Positions 34,447 to 42,878 of a stretch of DNA of 63,300 nt are shown in pieces (the stretch's first letter is position 1; every line of letters starts with the position of its first letter). The notes under the pieces are model-generated. The model saw only the letters and a program-made list of their open reading frames with translations, ran no database searches and was not told where the DNA came from. The DNA comes from an uncultured Clostridia bacterium (lineage in GTDB: Bacteria; Bacillota; Clostridia; TANB77; CAG-508). The stretch spans positions 1 to 63,300 of the forward strand of contig CALYAJ010000001.1 in the NCBI GenBank assembly GCA_944393485.1, in the 5' to 3' direction. The translations under genes and the position numbers were made by a program.

Positions 34447-34550
34447 TAAAATGTAGCTTCTCCAATTGTACAAATTGCTTTTCAATCGCACAGTCATAGG
34501 TAACTTCGGCCTTGTTATATACATAAAAATCTCTGATTTTCCTACATAAG
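34447..34550 (-). repeat. structured intergenic repeat, copy D (reverse orientation)
   Basis: The plus strand TGTACAAATTGCTTTTCAATCGCACAGTCATAGGTAACTTCGGCCTTGTT...AAAAATCTCTGATTTTCC aligns base by base with the reverse complement of copy A. Confidence 0.7.
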
Positions 34551-34703
34551 AACAAATCGGAAAGCCTTAATATTGTACTAACTTTATCCTTTTCTTTGGC
34601 TTTCCGTAAATTTGTTCTGTGCCAATTTTAAATTAGTAAAATTGTGTAAAACTGTTGGAACGAAGCGACTTTTATACAACAGGAAAGCATAACTTTCCTA
34701 TTG

Positions 34704-34744
34704 TATAAAAAAACACCTAAAATATTAATTTATTTTAGGTGTTT
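34704..34744 (-). terminator. intrinsic terminator after the cohesin-protein gene
   Basis: Perfect 13-bp stem AAACACCTAAAAT/ATTTTAGGTGTTT, followed on the minus strand by TTTTTAT. Confidence 0.8.
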
Positions 34745-34756
34745 CTATAACTTTTA

Positions 34757-35590
34757 TTATTTTACATCTCTATATTTTCTATTACGTATAAATGTTACAA
34801 CCAAAACTATTGATAAAACTATAATTGCTATTGCAACTATACTTGTTCCAGTATAAGGTAACTTACCCGGTGCTGTAGTATCATCATCTTTAGAGTTATT
34901 ATCTTGGTTGTTGCTATTATTATTGTTGTTATCGTTGTTATTATCATTGTTATTATCGTTATTATTACCGTTATTATTATCTCCCGGATTCTCTGGATCT
35001 GGATTTTCTGGATCCGGATTTTCAGGATCTGGATTTTCTGTTCCTGGGTCTTCAGGATCTGGATTTTCTGTTCCTGGATCTTCTGGATCTGGATTCTCAG
35101 GATCTGGATCTTCTGTTGAATCTCCAACTATATTTATTGTAATTGTTTGTGCTGGTACATAGTAGTTTGAATCTGTTGCTTCCATACTAGCAACAAGAGT
35201 TTCTGGCATGCTTATTTGTGTTGTTGTATTGGCTTGTGCATCATCCTTTACTTTGAAAGTTATAACAAATACATCTGCATCTGTTATATCAGGTGCATTA
35301 GCAATAACTTCGATTTTATTATTTATTCCTAAATTTGCAAAATTTCCACTTGCTGTATTTGCACTTACAACTTCTAATATATTAGAATCATAATTATATT
35401 CTGTTTGGATACCATTGATTTTTTCACTACATGTTGCATGTAATGTAACTGTAAAAGTTTCTCCTGGTTTTACATTAGTAGTACTAGGTACTAATGTTGC
35501 TGATACATCTTCAGCTCTAGCAAATACTGAGCTAGTTCCAACCAAAGCCACAACTAATACTAATAACATTGTAATAATTTTACTTTTCAT
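34757..35590 (-). CDS. LPxTG cell-wall-anchored protein with one cohesin-like domain
   Basis: Signal peptide, then a roughly 140-aa cohesin-like module (KPGETFTVTL...YDSNILEVVS...VFVITFKVKDDA), a PENPDPEDPGT/NNND low-complexity stalk, and LPYTG plus a TM segment plus RNRKYRDVK. Confidence 0.65.
   Translation of the reverse strand: MKSKIITMLLVLVVALVGTSSVFARAEDVSATLVPSTTNVKPGETFTVTLHATCSEKINGIQTEYNYDSNILEVVSANTASGNFANLGINNKIEVIANAPDITDADVFVITFKVKDDAQANTTTQISMPETLVASMEATDSNYYVPAQTITINIVGDSTEDPDPENPDPEDPGTENPDPEDPGTENPDPENPDPENPDPENPGDNNNGNNNDNNNDNNNDNNNNNSNNQDNNSKDDDTTAPGKLPYTGTSIVAIAIIVLSIVLVVTFIRNRKYRDVK
34893..35115. repeat. coding tandem repeats (12-nt and 30-nt units)
   Basis: GGATCTGGATTTTC-type 12-mers, two copies of a 30-nt unit AGGATCTGGATTTTCTGTTCCTGGRTCTTC, and GTTATTATCRTT repeats. 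They encode the Pro/Glu/Asp/Asn stalk. Confidence 0.85.
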
Positions 35591-35604
35591 ATTATACCTC
35601 CATT

Positions 35605-38600
35605 TTATAAAGTACTTGTATTTCCTAATCTATATTTATTTATTTCTAAAATATCTTGGAAATCAGCCTTTCCATCATCATTTACATCTCCTGCAATTAA
35701 GTATGCACCTTGTAAACCATTTCCATTTAATCTGTATTTATTTATATTTAGAATATCTTGGAAATCTGCATCTCCGCTTCCATCTGTATCTCCTGTAACA
35801 ATAAGTATATATTCCTTATTATTACTTAATCTAATCTTATCACCTGTTGAAACAGTATTTGAAGAACTCATTTTATTTCCATTTTTGTTTATTACATCAT
35901 ATTGTAATTCACAGTCTAAATTATTTTTTAATGTATTTACAGATGTTTTTGGTGATATTCTAGAAATGTATAAAGTATCTTCGCTAACTCTATATTTACT
36001 AGATGTTACTACATCTGAGGCAGTTCTTATTTCAAAAGAAACTGTACTCTCATTTCCGAACTCATCTCTAGCTGTTAAAACATATTTTCCATTACCTGAA
36101 ATCGTATTACCATTTCTGTAATTAATTATTTCTTGTCCATTTTTTGTTAATATTACTTCTTTTAAGTTTTCATCAGTAATTGTAGGTGTTACTGGACCAT
36201 CATACACTTTATTATTTTCAACATTTGAAATTGTTGGTGGTGTTGTATCTGCTTCTGTTGTAATTGAAATCTGAAGTTCATTTCCTGCTATATCTGAAAC
36301 AGTAATTGTTTCTTGATCTCCTGCATTAAACGTTTTTGTTAACACTTTTTTATCTTCGCTTAAATCCCAGCCCCAACCAGATGGTTTTTCTACTTCTTCA
36401 TTCATTGTAATTGTTACTATTACTTTATTTCCATCTTGTTGTTTTGAAATTGTATATTGTGGAGCATCTTTATCTATCCAATTAACTGTAGCTATTGCTT
36501 GTCCTGTAAAGCCATATTCATCCATATATTCAAATGTAAATTCATCATTTTGCGTAAATGTATATGTATTACTTCCTGAATTATTTGTTATTGTTACATT
36601 TGCTCTATTAAAGCTAATTGTTGCAATTACATTTTGATTTGTTTTTTCTTTAATATTATAATCTATTGTTGCTTCTAATGGTTTTGCTACTGAAAGCATT
36701 GTTCCATCTGCATTTCCTCCAGAAATTGTTGCTGTTGCAATTTTATCTCCTAGTGTTGTTAAATTTACTACTATACTATTTCCATCTGGAGATAATGAAC
36801 AATTTGATAAATTAAAGTCTGCACTAGTATATACTTTACTTCCATTTTGTTTTGATGATTTAAATATTGCTGGTAATTCTACAGTCATTTCTCCTTGAGC
36901 ACTCTCTGCAGCAGTTCTTACCATTTTTTGTCTTTTTGCAGAAAATACATTTCTTATATTTAATGTTTCTAAAGAAGAAATATCATCAATCATATTATTG
37001 TCCATATATAAATCTGTTAAACTTGTCATTCTTGACATTGAGCTAACATCACTTACTCTGTTTCCAGAAAACTCTAATACTGTTACTGCTAATCTTGATA
37101 TAGGTTCAATACTATAAATTTTGTTGTTATTCATATATAAAGTTCTTAAAGCTGTTAAATTTGATAATACTGATATGTCTTCTATCTGGTTACTTGATAT
37201 ATCTAAAGTATTCAAACTTGTTAAATTGCTATATCCTGAAATATCTGTTATATTATTTCCAGATACATATAATTTTTGAAGTGGTGTAATATTTTTTATT
37301 CCTTCCACTTTGTCATCTGATAAGCCGTTATTTGAAATATTTAATTCTATTAACTCTATATCATCTTTTTCAGATATCCAATAATTTACTAAATCATTTA
37401 CAATATTTATATTTGTAATTCCAGTATTTGATAAATCTAAACTTTGTAATTCTGTCATTTGAAGTATTGCTGAATTATTATCTCCTACTGGTGAATTAGA
37501 AAGATTTAGGTTTGTAATCTTGGTGCATGATTTCAATTCATCTATTGTTGTAATTTTATTTTGTGCTAAATTTAAATTTTCAAGTTCTGAGAAACTTGCA
37601 AGTCCAGTTAAATCTCTAATATCCCCATTTGATAAATTCAATTCATCTACTTCTTTTATTATACTATGTTCTATATTTATAATTTTTGGAATTCTAGTTA
37701 TATATGTGTCCTCATCTAAAAGAGTTAATAAATGTTTATATATTGCTGCATCTAAGTTTTCATCAACAAATAATAATGAATCTATTGCTGAAGAAGATGA
37801 TGAAATTTCAAAATTAATAATACTTCCATCAGCATTTCCACCATGTAATGTAAGTGATAACATATCATCTTTTGTTTTGTTATAGTCAATAATTACATTA
37901 TAATTTCCTGGTGTTTGATATTCTGAAGCATTATTTAATGTAACTCCATTTACATCAAAACTTGCATTTTCAGAATAAACTATACTTCCACTCGTTTTAC
38001 TTAATTGGAAAATACTTGGCAAAATTATGTATTGATCAACTTCTGCTTCCTTCTTATATATTGGAAAATCTATTATTTGATCTTGTAAATATATACCTTT
38101 TGAATAACTTTCACCAGTTAATGGTGTTATATTATATATATGGTTTTGTGATAAATCTAGGTATTCTACACGTTGAGGTAAAGCTGCAAAAACTGATACA
38201 TCTGAAATCTCATTGTTTTTCAAACTTATCTCTGTTGCAGGCATATATTTATCTATAACTTGTACATCATCCACAGTTTTCCATTTTATAAAATAACTAA
38301 TATCAGAAATATTATTATCTTCCAAATTTAAATATTGTAAATTTGACATTTCATATATTCCAGATATACTGCTTATTGAATTTCCTTGCATATATAATTC
38401 TTTAAGTTCTGTTAATTTAGATAAAGATGAAAAAGAAATTTTATTTGTATATCTCATATCTAACATTTCCAAATTTGCAAGATATGGAACTGTTTCAGAG
38501 TCTACTCTATGTGTTTGGATTATTGGGCTTACACTTATACCTGTTAAGTTTCCTATGTTTAATCTTTTTAAATTTCCTAATTGAATTATACTAGAAATAT

Positions 38601-39267
38601 CAGTTATACCTGTTGATGAAATATTTAAATCCTCTAAAGTATCATGTGTTGAAATTTCATTTAATGTAGCTAAACTTCTATTGCTAGAAACATTTAATGT
38701 GATTAAAGAATTTAATAAATTAATTCCTTGTAAATTACTAATATTATTACTAGAAATATCCAATGTCTTTAAATTAACTAAATTATTTAAAAAAGATACA
38801 TTACTTATTCCAGTATTTGATAAATATAACTCTGTCAAATTAGTTTTATTAGATAATTCTGATAAATTGCTTACAGGATTATCATTTAAATTTAAATTTG
38901 TTAAATTATTTAAGCTAATTATTGGGCTTATATCAGATATATTATTTCTTGATAAATCTATACTATTTAAGTTAATAAATTTTTCTATTCCGGATAAGTC
39001 AGAAATATCTGAATTTCTTAAGTCCATTGATGTTATTCCATTTAATGTTTCTGTCGCTATTGTTATTGTTTTGGTACCATTATCAGAGCTCATAATTTCT
39101 TTTGATAAAACATTTTTTACTGCTTGATATAAATTATTGTCTTGAAATGTTATTTCTGTTTTTTCAATTGTTGCTGAATAAATAATTGCTGATAATGCTA
39201 AAAGAATAAAAATAATCAAGAATGAAAATATTATTCTTCTTATGTTCCTTCCTCTTCTATATTTCAT
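35605..39267 (-). CDS. 1220-aa surface protein: two internalin-like LRR blocks, Ig-like modules, C-terminal dockerin
   Basis: N-terminal signal/anchor. It contains many 22-aa LxxLxLxxNxIsDIS repeats in two blocks. The C-terminus GDTDGSGDADFQDILNINKYRL...GDVNDDGKADFQDILEINKYRL is a duplicated Ca-binding dockerin motif. Confidence 0.75.
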   Translation of the reverse strand: MKYRRGRNIRRIIFSFLIIFILLALSAIIYSATIEKTEITFQDNNLYQAVKNVLSKEIMSSDNGTKTITIATETLNGITSMDLRNSDISDLSGIEKFINLNSIDLSRNNISDISPIISLNNLTNLNLNDNPVSNLSELSNKTNLTELYLSNTGISNVSFLNNLVNLKTLDISSNNISNLQGINLLNSLITLNVSSNRSLATLNEISTHDTLEDLNISSTGITDISSIIQLGNLKRLNIGNLTGISVSPIIQTHRVDSETVPYLANLEMLDMRYTNKISFSSLSKLTELKELYMQGNSISSISGIYEMSNLQYLNLEDNNISDISYFIKWKTVDDVQVIDKYMPATEISLKNNEISDVSVFAALPQRVEYLDLSQNHIYNITPLTGESYSKGIYLQDQIIDFPIYKKEAEVDQYIILPSIFQLSKTSGSIVYSENASFDVNGVTLNNASEYQTPGNYNVIIDYNKTKDDMLSLTLHGGNADGSIINFEISSSSSAIDSLLFVDENLDAAIYKHLLTLLDEDTYITRIPKIINIEHSIIKEVDELNLSNGDIRDLTGLASFSELENLNLAQNKITTIDELKSCTKITNLNLSNSPVGDNNSAILQMTELQSLDLSNTGITNINIVNDLVNYWISEKDDIELIELNISNNGLSDDKVEGIKNITPLQKLYVSGNNITDISGYSNLTSLNTLDISSNQIEDISVLSNLTALRTLYMNNNKIYSIEPISRLAVTVLEFSGNRVSDVSSMSRMTSLTDLYMDNNMIDDISSLETLNIRNVFSAKRQKMVRTAAESAQGEMTVELPAIFKSSKQNGSKVYTSADFNLSNCSLSPDGNSIVVNLTTLGDKIATATISGGNADGTMLSVAKPLEATIDYNIKEKTNQNVIATISFNRANVTITNNSGSNTYTFTQNDEFTFEYMDEYGFTGQAIATVNWIDKDAPQYTISKQQDGNKVIVTITMNEEVEKPSGWGWDLSEDKKVLTKTFNAGDQETITVSDIAGNELQISITTEADTTPPTISNVENNKVYDGPVTPTITDENLKEVILTKNGQEIINYRNGNTISGNGKYVLTARDEFGNESTVSFEIRTASDVVTSSKYRVSEDTLYISRISPKTSVNTLKNNLDCELQYDVINKNGNKMSSSNTVSTGDKIRLSNNKEYILIVTGDTDGSGDADFQDILNINKYRLNGNGLQGAYLIAGDVNDDGKADFQDILEINKYRLGNTSTL

Positions 39268-39561
39268 TTGTTATCCCCCATTCTTTATCTATTGTAAACA
39301 TTACTTATATCTTACTATTTTTAACTTTTTTAGTCAATAAAATCTAATATATTTTTATATTACTTTTATGTTACTTATTTTCTACAATATTTTATTCATT
39401 TTTACAGAATTACTGTTTAATCATAAGATATTTTTTTGAAATTATTGTAAAATTTTTTTGTATTTTTTCCCTTTTGTATTTTTAACAACTCTGCTACTCT
39501 GTAAGGATGTGAGGTTTTTTAATTATTTATTTTAAAATTTTAATTACTGTATTTTTTTATA

Positions 39562-39590
39562 TTGACATTATCAAAATTTTAGATTATATT
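39562..39590 (+). promoter_or_regulatory. sigma-A type promoter upstream of the LytTR regulator
   Basis: TTGACA-17 nt-TATATT, about 100 nt upstream of the ATG at 39688. Confidence 0.5.
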
Positions 39591-39687
39591 GTATTTATTA
39601 TTGGAAAATAAAGGTAATTGTCAAACCAACTTGAATTTTGCATATTCTTGCTGATTCATGAATTATTTAGTTTTAGGAGATGAAAAA

Positions 39688-40443
39688 ATGCTTAGTTTTG
39701 TGTTGTGTGATGATAATATAACTGTTTTAAATAAATTATCTCAAATGTTAGAAAATATTTTGATGCAATATGATTATGATACAAGTATTACTTATAAATG
39801 TACTAACGCCAATGATTTAATGAAATATATAGAACAACATACTGTTGATGTTCTATTTCTTGATATAAATTTAAAGAATAAATTATCGGGATTAGACATA
39901 GCAGAAAAAATTAGAGAAACTAATAAGGAAATGTATATTATTTTTACCACAGGACACCTTGAATATGCATTAGTTGCATATAAGTATAAAACTTTTGATT
40001 ACATTCCAAAGCCTTTTATTTCTGAAAGACTTGAATTAACTATTTCTAGATTATTTGACGATATAAAATCTAATACAGCAAAATTTATTAAAATCGGTAA
40101 TTCCCCAATTATAATTAAAGAAGAAGATATACTTTATATTAGAAAAGATAATATGAAGTCAATTTATCATACCCATTTTAATGATTATTCAGCATATATA
40201 CCTTTTAATAAAATTGAGGCTAAACTACCAGAAAATTTTATAAGATGTCATAAATCATATATAGTGAATATTGATATGATTGAACATATTGATATTAACA
40301 ATAATACAATATACCTTATGTTTAACAATATTTGTCCTATTGGTCCAAAATATAAAAACAATTTAATGGAGGTTTTAAATAATTATGAATATTTTTCAGA
40401 AAATTACAGAGGGCTTGATGAGCCCAAACGAAATGTTAACTAA
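39688..40443 (+). CDS. agrA: LytTR-family response regulator (AgrA-like)
   Basis: Receiver domain (VLCDDN...DVLFLDINL) plus a C-terminal LytTR domain (FIRCHKSYIVNI). The ATG at 39688 follows AGGAGA. Confidence 0.75.
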   Translation: MLSFVLCDDNITVLNKLSQMLENILMQYDYDTSITYKCTNANDLMKYIEQHTVDVLFLDINLKNKLSGLDIAEKIRETNKEMYIIFTTGHLEYALVAYKYKTFDYIPKPFISERLELTISRLFDDIKSNTAKFIKIGNSPIIIKEEDILYIRKDNMKSIYHTHFNDYSAYIPFNKIEAKLPENFIRCHKSYIVNIDMIEHIDINNNTIYLMFNNICPIGPKYKNNLMEVLNNYEYFSENYRGLDEPKRNVN

Positions 40444-41731
40444 TATATTGAGTATACCTTTCTTTCTAATTGAGGCATATATTGATATAAATTTATTTAT
40501 AACTCTTTTCGCTAAAAGTCCGTCTAAGAAAAATAAATATTTATGTATGTTAATATTAGTTTTGTCTAGTATTATAAGTAGATTCTTAATTCCTATACCT
40601 TATAATACTATATTTAATGTTTTCGCATTTGCTATATCTTATAAGATATTTTTTAATTCTAAAATTTTAGAATCATTTATTGGTGTTGCTATACAGTTTT
40701 TACTAACTGCTTTATTTGAGATGATTTCTTCGCAAATATATACATTATTTTTCAATGGAACATATTCTGAATTTGCAAATTATCCAATATATGCTGTTAT
40801 ATTTATGTTTATTGTATATTCTTGTCTATTTATAATGCTTAAATTATTTCAAAAGTTTAATATAAATATTACTTTATTCAAAAATATTAATAAAAAAGAT
40901 AGTATAGTTATATTAGCCACAATTGTTCTAGGCTTTATTACTGTATTCTTACAATTATATATTTCTGCATTTTATAATAATTTATTACCTACATTTGTTA
41001 TATTTATTAGTATTATTTGTTTAATAGCATATTTCTTTGTAAGTATGTTTAATATTGTAAAAACTAAACAATTAGAAATTGCAACTATTGATAATCACAA
41101 TTTACAATCATATAATGATAATTTAAAATCAATGTATGATAATATTCGTGCATTCAAACATGATTTTAATAATATTGTTCATGCAATTGGTGGATATGTA
41201 AGAGCAAAAGATATGAATGGACTTTCAAAATATTATAATTCTTTATTTGATGAATGTAGTAGTATTAATAATTTATCTGCGCTAAATCCTGAAACAGTAA
41301 ATAATCCTTCTATATATGCAATTCTTTTAGATAAATATAATAAAGCTGAGAAGAAAAATATAAAAATGGAACTTGGTGTATATATTGATTTAAACACTTT
41401 AAATGCTGATATTTATGAGATTTGTAGGATTCTTGGAATATTATTAGATAATAGTTTAGAAGCTGCACAAGAATGTGATAAAAAATATATTAATATTAGA
41501 TTTTTAATGGATAATAGAAAAAATAGACAATTAATTATTATAGAAAATACATATAAAGATAAAAATGTAGATACAATAAAAATATTTGAAAAATCATATT
41601 CTACTAAGCCACATAATACTGGATTAGGTTTATGGGAAGTTAACAAAATATTAAATAAACATTCAAACCTTGCAATATTTACTAGTAAAAATGATGAATA
41701 TTTTTCGCAACAATTAGAAATATATTTATAA
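40385..41731 (+). CDS. agrC: AgrC-like sensor histidine kinase (HPK10-type)
   Basis: About 6 N-terminal TM segments, H-box FKHDFNNIV, N-box LLDNSLEAA and G-box STKPHNTGLGLWEV. The start is uncertain (40385, 40418 or 40433). Confidence 0.75.
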   Translation: MNIFQKITEGLMSPNEMLTNILSIPFFLIEAYIDINLFITLFAKSPSKKNKYLCMLILVLSSIISRFLIPIPYNTIFNVFAFAISYKIFFNSKILESFIGVAIQFLLTALFEMISSQIYTLFFNGTYSEFANYPIYAVIFMFIVYSCLFIMLKLFQKFNINITLFKNINKKDSIVILATIVLGFITVFLQLYISAFYNNLLPTFVIFISIICLIAYFFVSMFNIVKTKQLEIATIDNHNLQSYNDNLKSMYDNIRAFKHDFNNIVHAIGGYVRAKDMNGLSKYYNSLFDECSSINNLSALNPETVNNPSIYAILLDKYNKAEKKNIKMELGVYIDLNTLNADIYEICRILGILLDNSLEAAQECDKKYINIRFLMDNRKNRQLIIIENTYKDKNVDTIKIFEKSYSTKPHNTGLGLWEVNKILNKHSNLAIFTSKNDEYFSQQLEIYL

Positions 41732-41830
41732 CAAAAACAAAAGCGGACATTAATAACTTTGTTGCTATCTATAATTTTGTAAAGTCCGCATCTTTGTTTG
41801 TATGCCAAAATTACTTTGTAATTAAATTTA

Positions 41831-41871
41831 TTTATAATTAGGGAAGTTCTTTGAACTTCCCTAATTATAAA
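41831..41871. terminator. 18-bp perfect hairpin between the convergent agr transcription units
   Basis: TTTATAATTAGGGAAGTT/AACTTCCCTAATTATAAA with a 5-nt loop. Confidence 0.65.
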
Positions 41872-41872
41872 T

Positions 41873-41905
41873 AAAATACCTAATTTCTTAGGTATTTTTC
41901 TTTTG
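41873..41905. terminator. second bidirectional terminator hairpin
   Basis: AAAATACCTAA/TTAGGTATTTT with the 4-nt loop TTTC, followed by TCTTTTGTT on the plus strand. Confidence 0.7.
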
Positions 41906-41933
41906 TTAGTCGTTTAATTAGTTTAGAATACGC

Positions 41934-42053
41934 TTAGTCCCTCTTAATCATACTGTCTGGTATCTTTGGTTGATGTATAATTCCAAATATTACACATGCA
42001 GTATTTGATGATTTAGCATATTTTTCAGCTAATCTTGCTAAGAACTTTAACAT
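41934..42053 (-). CDS. agrD: AgrD autoinducing-peptide precursor (39 aa), not in the ORF track
   Basis: Encodes MLKFLARLAEKYAKSSNTACVIFGIIHQPKIPDSMIKRD. GGGAGG lies 7 nt upstream of the ATG, which is 42 nt downstream of the agrB stop. It has an amphipathic leader, a single Cys followed by hydrophobic residues, and a Pro-containing charged tail. Confidence 0.75.
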   Translation of the reverse strand: MLKFLARLAEKYAKSSNTACVIFGIIHQPKIPDSMIKRD

Positions 42054-42095
42054 TGCTATTCCTCCCTTTTTTTATATATAGTAAGAGTTTAAAAC

Positions 42096-42707
42096 TCAAT
42101 TACTACCATAAACTTCATAACCATATTTGTTTTTAGTAATCTTATAAGCTGTTTTTGTTAAGGTACATGTTTGAAATATAATTCCAAGAATTATCAAATT
42201 AGAGATTACTTTATATGGTATAAATATTGCAATTATTAATTCAATTCCTGCAATTACAAATGACCATATTTTTCTTTTTCTTCTTTCTTTTTTTTGAAGA
42301 ATTGGAACATTTTCTGTATCTGCAGGTGCATATTTATTTATCATCCAAAAACTAAATATAAATGTAAATGCTATAGCTATATATCTTACTTCATCACTTA
42401 TATTAATTATACTTGCTAAATATGGAGTCCCTATATATAAAAGATTTGTAACTATTATACAGCCTAAATGTGTATGTAAATGAAAACCACCGGAAAATGT
42501 TCTATATGGTAGAATAATTAAAAAAGAAATTAAAGTAAGACCAACCATGTGAAATAAAATTGCTAAAATTAATGTAATAAAAAATTTTGGAACTTCTCCA
42601 ATCAATAATTGTAATCCATAATTTATTTCATCAGCTTTGCTCTCATCTACTTCATCCACTGATTCTATAATTTTTTTAGTTAATGAATTACAAATTGCTT
42701 CTATCAT
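42096..42707 (-). CDS. agrB: AgrB accessory gene regulator B (AIP-processing membrane peptidase)
   Basis: 203 aa and polytopic. INYGLQLLIGEVPKF...PYRTFSGGFHLHTHLGC contains the conserved His/Cys region of AgrB. Confidence 0.85.
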   Translation of the reverse strand: MIEAICNSLTKKIIESVDEVDESKADEINYGLQLLIGEVPKFFITLILAILFHMVGLTLISFLIILPYRTFSGGFHLHTHLGCIIVTNLLYIGTPYLASIINISDEVRYIAIAFTFIFSFWMINKYAPADTENVPILQKKERRKRKIWSFVIAGIELIIAIFIPYKVISNLIILGIIFQTCTLTKTAYKITKNKYGYEVYGSN

Positions 42708-42878
42708 TCTTTCATTTCCTTTCTTATTCTGTGATAATTATATTTCTTAATTTATTTTTTTAACTATCATTTTTGTAAAATCAAATATTATTTTTATGAA
42801 AATTTTGATTTTAAATTTCACATATTTATTTTGTTTTTTTACAAAATACAAAAGGAAGCAACTACTGTTACTTCTTTT

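Noticed and set aside
34893-35115. Short tandem repeats considered as a possible CRISPR array.
   Set aside because: The units are contiguous with no unique spacers, are in frame within a CDS, and encode a Pro/Asp/Asn stalk.
34837-35162. Three overlapping ORFs (34837-35127 minus, 34904-35119 plus, 34908-35162 plus).
   Set aside because: They are artefacts of the tandem repeats inside the cohesin-protein gene. Only the 34757-35590 frame gives a signal peptide, a domain and an LPxTG anchor.
35415-39127. ORFs at 35415-35798, 35885-36121, 37520-37885, 37962-38258 and 38681-39127 on the plus strand.
   Set aside because: They are antisense shadows within or around the 1220-aa LRR gene and the cohesin gene, with no RBS or motifs.
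39301-39556. Recurrent ATTACT(T/G) motifs (for example AATTACTGT at about 39408 and about 39541) considered as LytTR/AgrA binding sites.
   Set aside because: The motifs are short and AT-rich. They are not arranged as the expected pair of direct repeats with a spacing of about 12 bp. I cannot distinguish them from chance without a motif model.
41413-41808. A 131-aa minus-strand ORF overlapping the 3' end of the histidine kinase gene.
   Set aside because: It is antisense to the kinase ATPase domain, which has clear N- and G-boxes. It has no SD and would have to read through the terminator region.
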